DNA from: Octopus sinensis
Taxonomy: Eukaryota
Direction of reading: 5' to 3'
DNA: 64,000 bases
NCBI RefSeq assembly: GCF_006345805.1
Contig: NC_042997.1
Coordinates: 27,218,001-27,282,000 of the forward strand
Made by a program: the position numbers and the translations under genes. Under the pieces are notes generated by a model. It was not told where the DNA came from and searched no databases. It saw only the letters and a program-made list of their open reading frames with translations. Of this stretch, positions 40,847-51,034 are shown one piece after another (position 1 is the first letter of the stretch; each line of letters starts with the position of its first letter).

Positions 40847-41866
40847 GGTGATTGCTTCATCATTGCAGATGGTTGCCGTCTTCCCACGTACCTCCATCAA
40901 CCATCAACAACACCAAATGTCCGTCTATGACCCCGTAGGTGGCTTTTAAGTCAAACATTAGATTTTCATGGTCTGTTGCAAACGTGACAGACAAAAGATA
41001 TTGGATTTACAGGGTCAGCTTGTGGGATGTCGTCCTTATGTACCCTCATATGCCTTTTAAGACCAGGTATTGATTTGCTGATCCTTTTGCACACCGCACA
41101 TGTTGTCTCACCTACTATTTTAGGGATAGAGCTGTATGCAGTTGGCTTTGTATGTGATTTTACATGAGTGATGTACTTAGATTTAGAGAGCAGTAAACGA
41201 CCACACAGGTCACAAATCCAGCTCACCATGATCTTATTGATATTTATACTGTGGCCTTTTCGAAACTGGTGTTTAAGTTTTTCATGATCAAGAGGCCTCT
41301 CGACAAATATTCTGTAGCCTTCCTTTACATATCCTCACCATTTACCTCCCTTTAAAGCAATCACTTGCCAGTTCTGATCTTCAAGCTGAAGATTTTTAAT
41401 GTTGTATTTATGCAATCTTTATATCTTTTTCTTAGATTGCGCTTAGGATGTTTCCCAGTGTGAAATTGACTGCAAAATATTTGTTTTGGGAGTCTTTCTT
41501 TATTCATGCACAGAACATGGCCTACCCAACGCATTTGAGAGGATATGATGATAGATTCAATCCTCGTGCAGCCAGCATCTGAAAGGATTTGTGTGTCATG
41601 TATTTTCTGTTGCTATTTGATGTTTAGGATTCTTCTTAAACGCTTTTGGTTAAAGTGTTCAAGCAAATTAAGGTGCTTACGATGTACTGTCCACGTTTTC
41701 GAAGAGTACAACATAGCATTTAGAATGCAGGCCTTGTACACTTAGAATGCAGGCCTGGGTCTTGATAGTGATACCATTATCTGCCTACACTCTTTTTTCG
41801 AGTTTTGCAAAGGCTACAGAGGTTTTTTGAATGCGCAGGTGTACTTCTGCATCCAGTGAACCATCT
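40847..41866 (-). mobile_element. RTE-clade LINE 3' fragment with C-terminal C2H2 zinc fingers
   Basis: DGSLDAEVHLRIQK..AFAKLEKRV; TLLYSSKTW; QMRWVGHV..RLPKQIF; three C2H2 motifs; ends in (TATG)n. Confidence 0.85.
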
Positions 41867-41869
41867 CCT

Positions 41870-42480
41870 ACTCCCAATTCCTCCGCCTCTAGTTTACTCG
41901 ACGTGGATACCCTTCCACTCTTTTCCAAGTTGTTCTTAACCATGCCTGCTAGGTTGATGATCGCACTACAGCCCTCCCTTTTTCCCAACACTCGTCATAT
42001 AACTGCACCCCCTTAATCCTCCTTTTCCACCCCTTCGTCTAAAGGTCCATCGTCTCCAATCTGATCCTACCACCCTCTCTGTTTCCCCATCCCACACTCA
42101 CCCTCGTTCAAACGCCCCCATAATTTTCACGAATTACTAGTTCCTTAGCTCCCTCCCTTTCCCTCCCCTTCCACGCCCACTCATCCTGGATCCGTCCCTT
42201 CTTTCAGACCCCGATGGCACACCTCTCCAGATACGATGCTCCAAATGTAACAGCTACTACATTGGTAGCACAGTATGATCACTCCATATCCGAATTAAGG
42301 AGCACCTAACTACCAACGCGTCTTCCTTCTGCAAGCACCGAACTTGATGCGGCAAAACCACCAAGGAGATAGACATCTTTATACTAGTCTCGGAGAGGAA
42401 TACTGGTAATCTACATATAAATGAAGCTCAATTGATCGACCGCCTCAACCCGAAAAATTAACACTCGATCAGAATTAGGC
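41870..42480 (+). mobile_element. Decayed PLE 3' remnant (RT thumb + GIY-YIG)
   Basis: FTRRGYPSTL and PSFKRPHNFHELLV parallel the 53-56 kb element. QIRCSKCNSYYIGST..LHIRIKEHL..EAQLIDRLNP at 42228-42470. Confidence 0.7.
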
Positions 42481-43184
42481 CGATGGCTCCTATGAAAATA
42501 TCATAGCAACAGCGACCAGTACCATAATATACGCCACGACAACCTGTTGATACAGCTGCTAATGCGTCACATCATCTTACAGTTGCGTGTTTGCTTACAC
42601 TACCGTTTGGAAAGTTGATTGCACCAACATATGGAATGTGACTATTACTGCTGCTAACATAATACCATCACAGAATCCAACAGATAGTGAGATGCCTACA
42701 GCAATAGTTGGGTGTTTGCTTACACCCAGGCTTGGTGAGTTGATGACACCGATATTTGGAGAATGACTGCTACTGCTGACATAAAGCTGAGGAATTTGTT
42801 TAGGTTAAAGGAACCTGCATACCTAGACATGTCGTAGGCTGTTGTTCTTCCAAGAATGGGCTTTTACGCTTGAAATATAAGGGTTTTATGAGACTTTGCG
42901 CATTGTGTCAGGTTTCTTATTTTACCTTTTCATTCTTTTTTTCGATATTACAATACTTCAAGCGAATAACAACACTCTTATATATATATTCTTTTATTCT
43001 TTTATTCTGTCTTTTCACTTCGGCGATGGTGGAGCACGGCCTTTAGTCGAACAAATTAACCCCTAGAACTTATTTTTGTTAACCTAGTACTTATTCTACC
43101 GGACTCTTTTACCGAACTGCAAAGATATGGGGACGTAAAACACCTACATTGGTTGTCAAGCGACGGTGAGGGACAAATACAGAC

Positions 43185-43788
43185 ACAATTGTTTGTTTGT
43201 TTCCCACCTGCCTTCGTCTTTTGTCTATTTTCATAAAGCTTCCCGTTATATATTATGCGCTCACGTGGTCTCACTTTCATCCTATATTCTACCAATACCA
43301 CTATCAACACTTACCTCTACCTTGGATTTTCTTTACCTCTTGGATACTTACCATTGGCTGCACCTCTCTTTCGCGGATCAAAGTGACTTTGCATTGATGT
43401 GAAATCCTTAAAAAATATACCACGACGTCTACACATTTCTAACCTTGAACTTTCAACCTTGAACTTGTTCGCATAAACTGTCCCGTTTGATGTATTTTTA
43501 TTTTCTCATATATTACCACTTTTTTTACATTCATTTCATTCATGTTTGATCTTTGACCTCTGGCCGAAATCAGATCGCCATGTTGATTCGTTAGTTACTG
43601 CACGCATTTTTTTCTCTCCTTCTTTCTGTGTTTTTTTTTCTCTCTGTGTATCTTTCTGTTGAAGAGCGTAGGCTCGAAACGTTAAAGACTTGTTTTATTT
43701 ATATTTCCTGAGCGCCATACTAATACAATTGTTTGTTTGTTTCCCACCTGCCTTCGTCTTTTGTCTATTTTCATAAAGCTTTCCGTTA
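43185..43788 (+). mobile_element. Non-autonomous internal-deletion derivative of the Neptune-like PLE (540-bp unit + 64-bp terminal direct repeat)
   Basis: 43185-43248 matches 43725-43788. The body is the 5' region (as 52550-52840) joined directly to the 3' terminal region (as 52305-52550). Confidence 0.85.
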
Positions 43789-43793
43789 CATAT

Positions 43794-43904
<111 letters not shown>

Positions 43905-44048
43905 CACAACCTTTTTCATGTCCGTCGACCAAATCCTCTCACAAGGCTTTGGCCGGCCCGAGGCTATGTTAGAAGACACTTGCCCAAGGTTCCACGTGGT
44001 GGGACTGGATCCGGAACTATGTGGTTGGAAAGCAAGCTTCTTATCACA

Positions 44049-44147
<99 letters not shown>

Positions 44148-44297
44148 AGAGAGAGAGATTCAGATGAATATGGTACTTAAGTTGAGGCACCAGAATTTAA
44201 TACGGTATTATTCATGCAATTTCAAAGTAAGGTGATTAAAATAAAAATAAGCAACAAGGATGTACTTTGGAGATCCTTGTTGCTTATTTTGGTATAT

Positions 44298-44344
<47 letters not shown>

Positions 44345-44358
<14 letters not shown>

Positions 44359-45144
44359 GGCAGTTTGTCTGTCTGTGCGTCTGTGTGTCTGTCAGGTTGT
44401 ACCCTCACCCTGACCACGGCTTTCAATCGATTCTGATGAAACCTGACACACACGTAGCACAATGTCATAATTAAAAACTAACGTAGCGAAAAGTTTGAAA
44501 AGTTCCCCCAGTTCTGAAAAAAAATCGATAAATTCGACATGGGTCGAGAATCTAAGCTTTTTATATGCAACACATTTTCTACAGACTGTCTAGGGGATGC
44601 AACTCGACCTTTTTAACTCTCGGAACACGTAGGGTAAGTATCCCAAAATGTATAAAAATGTACAAAAACGGCAAAAAAGCGGGCAGCAATGTGAGTGACA
44701 ACAACGAAAAAGTCAAAAGTGACCAAACTGAACAAACGAATGGAAAAGGTTTGTTGATGCACACGACAAAAGCGGTTTATAATAAACCAAGAGTTTGCAA
44801 GTAGCGTCCGAGGACCCTTAGGGTACGTCAAAAATTTAAGGTAAAACGTTTGGGGTGGTAGTTATAAAGAAAGTGGAAACAAAAAAGTATTCGAATAACT
44901 TGCGGCTGCAGCAGCTATTAGCAGAAGTGGCGGTGTTGGGGTTAAAGTCTCGAATGTAATTTCTTGGTAGGAATTGGTTGGGTTGAATTATCGATAGCTG
45001 TTTGATAGTTATTTGGGAGTGAAGAGAAGACATTGCAACCTACACATGCGCCTTCGTTCCCTAGAGGGAAAGGACTAGATTGGGATTAGTCGTTGCCTAC
45101 TAGGTGCTCTTACATACCCGGGCAACGCCGGGCTATGCTGCTAG
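44345..45144 (+). mobile_element. Non-autonomous Helitron (family A, longer interior)
   Basis: Same termini as 3622-4078; cccgggcaacgccggg + CTAG|T at 45141-45145. Confidence 0.8.
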
Positions 45145-45165
45145 TAGATATATATATATATATTT

Positions 45166-45566
45166 CTTTTTTTCTGTAGTCTCAGCTCATAGCTGCGGCT
45201 ATGCTGGTGCACCACCGTTTTGCTACACTGTTATTGCTGAGAGCCTCCCCCAATATGTGGCACTTGGTGAAGAATGGAGTCTGATGTAGCTACCCTCATT
45301 AGCACCTCTTGCTGTGAGGTAGGTTCAGCAGGGACTCTCGACAGGAAGATGACAAGCTTTGATTTTAAAACACCTACATCTACTTTGTGGCTCTTTGAGA
45401 GAATATTAAAAAACTGTGGGCCCCTGAAACCAAGGCTGTTGCACTAACTGGTCCTGAAGCGCTCTGGCGTTGCTGGGATCTTTGGCACTATGTAGTGTCG
45501 TCCCGTTCTGGCATTGGTGTAGCTATCAATGCTAACATTTAGAACAATTCCTCCCAGGATGTTCCA
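45166..45566 (-). mobile_element. L2/CR1-group (Crack-like) LINE 3' fragment
   Basis: RTGRHYIVPKIP..NSLGFRGPQFFNIL..LKSKL.IFLSRVPAEP..SDSILHQ, then a tail similar to SINE family A. Confidence 0.65.
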
Positions 45567-45582
45567 TATATAGAAATATACT

Positions 45583-45660
<78 letters not shown>

Positions 45661-45694
45661 CTTTATTTTAAGCAGCAGAAAAATTCAACAAAAT

Positions 45695-45732
45695 CTGTTA
45701 CTCTGAGTTTCTCGTTGCCGTTCATCAGACAG
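45695..45732 (-). ncRNA. Type I hammerhead ribozyme in the 3' end of the Hydra-like PLE
   Basis: CTGT-CTGATGA-ACG(gcaa)CGA-GAA-ACT(cag)AGT-A-ACAG: canonical core and GUA site, with a weak base to stem II. Confidence 0.6.
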
Positions 45733-46775
45733 TTTTTGCTAGAATGGAACTTATATATCAATTCAATCTATACTCTTACAAACGCTGCACCTTTAAAAAG
45801 AAATGGACTTGTTTGATTGGCCCTTTAGAAAAAACGGTCAATCTTCGAGCGATAAACAAAAAGGTCAAAAATATATGTATATATATATATAAAAACTTAT
45901 AAAATTATAAAATCCGAGGAAAAACCGAGGAAAAAACCTATTGCCGTTAATGAAGACAGTGCAAATTAATGCATAGAAATTAAACCTGTTATAAATACTG
46001 CAATACATATTTATATTAAAATCTACATATATATATCAACATACACAAAAGGATGCGCGTAAACGCCATACATACATATACAGACGTATGAATATGAATC
46101 TAAATATACACATAAAAGCATGTGTACATATATTCACGCAAACCGTCTCGCACGCAAGCTAAAATTCATCTATGTAGCAATTCTCATATACTGAGCAAGG
46201 AGGGGGAACGAAAGAAAGGGAAAGAGAGAAAAAGGAACGAAGGAGGGGTGGGGAAAAAACTTGTAACGATGTTATTGGCATCTATAGAGACCAGTATACA
46301 TACACAAGTTTGAATGGATACATATACATACCGTCGTGTATATGTGTGCTTAAGCACAAGCATACTTTCACTTACACATACACAGATACGCATGCTTACA
46401 AATACATATGCTTTGCTATACACATACTTATATAAACATTCTAATTTTGACAACATTGCTTTTTTTTAAAAAATACATTGCTTTTAAAAAATGGGTGCAT
46501 TAATAAAAATATATACGAAAGACATATAAAATAAAATATAGCATCCTATTTTGGGTCATTTATAAATAATCAAGGTAATATAAATAATCAAGGTAATCCT
46601 ATGCAATACAATAACATGAAAACAAAGTTTGTAGGTTTTTCCTAATATATATGTAGAAACATGAGACTTTGCTATACGGATTAAGATCCGCGTAGCTTGG
46701 AAACAGAATCAAAATCCATCGTAGCGCTCAAGAGTCAAAATCAAAATCAAAAATCAAAAATACAAAATATATACT

Positions 46776-48571
46776 CTATCCATATGGTATATTTATATTC
46801 GACATTTTAAATTTAGCCGCGTGCCTACATAAGTTCATTAACTCACTTCTTTGATTCAAAGAATTATTGTCTTTGAATAAGATGTGCATTTTTTCTAATA
46901 GGCAAAGTCTGCACTTGAAATTATATTTGTAAGCTCCATGCCTGTATGGTGCCGCCCTGTCCAGAATGCTCCATGTCACGTTGAAAGGTGGGGCTTCCTT
47001 TTCTTTTAGTTCCCAGACATATTTTGCTAGGCTGGTTTTCTTCCTATTCTCTGGGTATTTAAAAGAATTTTTATGAGAATAAAATCTTGTTTTAAATGAA
47101 TTTTCTGAAGCCCCTGTGTATGTCTTGTATTCCGATGAGCCTTCCACTTGCACCTTGGCTCTATAAACTACTCCTTTCACTAGACATTTCCCTTCTAACG
47201 GACAGGAGCTTTCGTTTTTGAAATTACATTTCTTAATGGGCTCGGCACCATGTCTAATCTCAATTAGCTTCCTATTATGTTGGCTAATGTAAGAGGCGAA
47301 ATTTCTGCAACAGAATAGCTAACCTTCAGGGTTCTTCTTTTAAATATTCTGTAGAATTTATGACCCTGCTTAAAATGCTTAGAGACTAATCTCAAAAATT
47401 CCTTACCTATATTAGTCTTTACGGCCAAATTGAAAGCCGGGTTGAACCACAAAACTTTCCTGGTCCTAGTTCTTCGTGCAGCATTATTATTAGCATTAAG
47501 CTGGTTGAACTGGATCTTCTCCGAGAATCCACTATTCTTTAATGCGCTATCGTAATAAGGTGCAGCATTATGGAATGCTGCCTCGTCCGAAGAAATTGAA
47601 GATATTCTTCTACCTACATTGCTAAGGATAACTGGTGGATGGTTCGAATCTTTGCTAATATACGATAGCTTTTCATTGGGCTTACGGAACGGTTTAAATC
47701 TATCCGATCTTACATTAAAATTTACGTCTAAAAAATCTACACTATTCAGGTTAGCATCTATCGTAATCCGTAAGTCCATCCTTTGAAAGAAAGCTATAAG
47801 GTCCTTCCTAAGTCTATTTGATTCATGGCCGTTTAGATTATGCGTGGCTATAAGGCCGTCATCCCTATATAAACCTGCATCTATAAATGGGAATTCTATT
47901 TTTAGATTATGGAGAATAAAGGCTCCTATGAGCATACATAATTCAGCCCCGTCGTCTGCCCCCATCGGTACATCGAAAAGAGAATCCTCAGTCTTCTTAA
48001 TCCAGGTGGAATCCTCGAAAAAAAGAAGCGATTTCCTCGCATGAATAATAATTTCAATTTCCGAGCTATCGATGTTGACATACTGCTTGGCGAAGTCCAA
48101 TGCCCTTAGGAGCAACGTCCTAGATATTGACGGGTAAAAGTCAATAATGTCGAATTGTGTGAAACTACAATTATTCTTATAGCTAATACCTTTAAACCAC
48201 TCTATAACTGACTTACTATTCTTCCAAATTCTCAAGTCTACTTCACTATCTAACTTAACTAAAATACGGTCCAAAATATTTTTGCTAATAATTCCTATCT
48301 CAGTTTTAGCCGGATTTATCAATCTACATTTGGGGTTTCTACTAAAATTGGCTTTATGGTCTTTCAGTGTAATAAAAGCTGGTCGTGGTGAAAGGTATTC
48401 AATCCTATCGCTAATCTTAAGATCGTTAGCTATTCCTCTTGCTTCTAAGTTCACCTCTTTGTATATATTCGTGTAGTCTTTTTTGTATGTGTCCGTGACA
48501 CTATTCGAAATCAGGCGTTTATAAACGTCCTTATCAAGTGCATATAAGTTCCTTGTCTTGTCAGAATTAAC

Positions 48572-48572
<1 letters not shown>
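46776..48572 (-). pseudogene. PLE RT-EN ORF, 5'-truncated, one frameshift near 47310
   Basis: ORF 47264..48784 (from FVNSDKTRNLY onward) joins ORF 46776..47180 if one base is restored near 47310 (SYSC-RNFASYISQHNRKL...). Confidence 0.85.
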
Positions 48573-48642
<70 letters not shown>

Positions 48643-48646
<4 letters not shown>

Positions 48647-48822
48647 GGTAGCCACTACACACATTTGTTTCTCTCCTTGTTTTTTTCTGTGTCCCTTTCT
48701 GTAGAAGAACGTAGGCTCGAAACGTAAAAGACTTTTTCTATTCCTGAGCGTTATACTAATAGATCTGTTTGTTTTGTACACCACCTGTCTTCGTCTTTTG
48801 TTTTTCCGTGAACTCTCCCCAT
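48643..48822 (+). mobile_element. Solo PLE terminal (pLTR) fragment
   Basis: Same subfamily as 6535-6732 (gatcg.tagccact...gtaggctcgaaacgt...tgaactctcccc|atat). Confidence 0.7.
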
Positions 48823-49240
48823 ATATTTATATATATATGCTTTGATATTCATGTATGTTCCTTTATTCTTTTAGTATTTTATTTGTTTCAGTCATTTGAT
48901 CGCGGCTATACTGGAGCACCGCTTTTTTATGTTTTTCTAGTTGAAGTAATCGAACCCGAGACTTATTCTTTGTAAACCTAGTGCTTACTCAATCCGTCTC
49001 TTTACCGAACCACGACGTCACGGAGACGTAAACGCACAAACATCGGTTGTCAGTTGATAGTGGGTGGACAAACACAGACACAAAGTCACACACATGTAAA
49101 TATATACATATATAGACGACGGATTTCTTTCAGTTTACCTTTACCAAATGCTTTGATGGGCCCTAAGCTATGGTTGAAGACACCTCCTCAAGGACTGAAC
49201 TCGAAATCATGTGGTTGGGAAGCAAGCTTCTTATTACACA

Positions 49241-49279
<39 letters not shown>

Positions 49280-50558
49280 GCATACGATCGTTTCGATCAG
49301 CTATATTATCTTCAAAAATTCATGGTAGAATAATTAAATTAATTTGGTTAAATTAATTAATTACATATCACTGTTCTCCTCAGTGCAAGAAGTAGAAGCA
49401 AACAATGATTGAATTAGTATTATTATTATTACAGAAGACTTTCGGATATACATAGTTATCCTTATGAAAATTGAGAGCATGCTAAAGAATGTGAATCTAG
49501 TCGTGTATAAGAGACTTTCCTTCTATAGAAGAGTAAGTAGATCAGTAATTCTGACTCCATATAAGTCATTTATTGGGGGAAAGTTTTATAGAGCTGTCCA
49601 ATGGAAAGGCGTAGTTGTGTTTGAATTAGGATATAACTTGACAGTTATAAGTACCATTAGGTATGGTGTATATTAAATTTTTTTCTTTGCTTTTTTTGTA
49701 TGAGAATGAAATTAAACTAGTGAATGTTGTTATATAGAAAGCTGCTAGGATGCAACGAGTACAATAATTATTTGTAGAAATATTTAAAAAGCTACATATA
49801 ATGGAGTTGTGTTAGGGTAAGAATTTATATTCGTTTGTGTGAATTAAATATAAGGAAAAAAATTTAAATAGGAAAATTAGTTGTTAATATTACAGGATTA
49901 AGATAGTAAATACTTGCTGTGGCTATAAATATTAACAAAATGTTCAGAGGTATAGTGGAAGTTGTAAAACTAAAATTAACAATGTAGGGGCGATAATATA
50001 GCTAGTAAAATGATTGTATAAATTATGATTATCGATATTTAGTAGGTTGACTATGTTTATGTATAAATAAAAATGTGAGTTAATAAGCTAGCTTGGCATA
50101 AAGTGAGAGGGAAGAATATAGTTGTATTACGTAAGTAATGAATTTTAAAGTTATATTAAGGTTATTGTGCATTGTGAATATAAGAAAAAGTTATTTATGG
50201 AGTAGTGGGTGCACATAAGTATACTGAATATACAAAATAATTCATATATAATGTAATATGAAAAGAATAATCTTATAATGGAAATGACTTTTATAGAGGA
50301 TATATGGATTTTATAGAGGATACATGGATTTATATATTCTAGTTCTTTTTCAAGTTGTTTTAGGGTGTACATGAAAAGAAATAACACCGTACAAAAAATA
50401 AGTATACTTATACCGGTATAAAGAGAGGGGAAAAGGGCCAAACGGATATAGATATAATTATAATTACCCACTCACATAAAAATGGTATTATATACAAATA
50501 TATATACACACATATATATGTGTGCTTATATAATGTTTTATATATATATAAGCATAAC

Positions 50559-50623
50559 GGTGTCCACATAGGGTGTCCACATAGGGTGTCCACATAGGGT
50601 GTCCACATAGGGTGTCCACATAG
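50559..50623 (+). repeat. 13-bp tandem repeat (GGTGTCCACATAG)x5
   Basis: Five perfect head-to-tail units. Confidence 0.95.
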
Positions 50624-50745
50624 TGGTTTCCCTCTAATAGGTATATAATACGATTTTACTGAACCTTCAGTTCTTTTTATGCTAGAACACTGGTGTGAAA
50701 TCTATGTTAATTAAATTAATATCTAAATTCTCACCCTTATTTTAA

Positions 50746-50808
<63 letters not shown>

Positions 50809-50831
50809 ATATATATACATACATATATATA

Positions 50832-51034
50832 TAGTTACGGAGTGTACTCGCATAGCAAGTAATTTGATCTGAGATCGTGTGCTGAAACGAAAACAATTGC
50901 AGCGTGGAAGGTGTTTATAAGCCATTTAAGAAACACACAAAAGCCGTTCGATTCACTCCAACATTTAAGTTTAATTTGTCAAAATATTTTCGTCGCTAAA
51001 ATCCGCGACCTGTTCACTGACAAAGTCCGTGCTG
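50832..51034 (-). mobile_element. PLE-like terminal fragment carrying a G3-C8 hammerhead-like motif (second copy 11725-11900)
   Basis: Collinear with 11725-11900 and flanked by (TA)n. The HHR-like fold lies ~150 nt from the terminus, as in the other PLE ends. Confidence 0.65.
50975..51024 (-). ncRNA. Type I hammerhead ribozyme-like motif, G3-C8 core variant
   Basis: TTTGTCA-GTGAACA-G-GTCGC(ggatttta)GCGAC-GAA-AATATT-T-TGACAAA: stem I 7 bp, stem II 5 bp, palindromic stem III. Confidence 0.6.

Larger units (their letters stand above)
45661..48574 (-). mobile_element. 5'-truncated Penelope-like element with C-terminal GIY-YIG, probably Hydra clade, inserted in (TA)n
   Basis: RT motifs NPKCRLINPAK, QFDIIDFYPSI, PMGADDGAE, GLYRDDGL, DFLDV. 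Linker CNFKNESSCPLEGKCL. EN VVYRA..YTGASENSFKTR..CRLCLLEK..CRH. (TA)n on both sides. Clade assignment is from recalled motifs. Confidence 0.85.

Noticed and set aside
46640-46760. Stem-loop in the PLE 3' UTR considered as a SECIS element
   Set aside because: No AUGA/GA quartet with apical AA, and no in-frame UGA in this ORF. Selenoprotein PLEs are described for the N-terminal-EN Naiad clade.
48575-48784. N-terminal part of the 506-aa ORF 47264..48784
   Set aside because: It reads through a solo pLTR and (GA)n/(TA)n tracts; true RT homology begins at ~48572.
50559-50623. CRISPR-like appearance of the 13-bp repeat
   Set aside because: Head-to-tail repeats with no spacers in eukaryotic context, and no cas genes.
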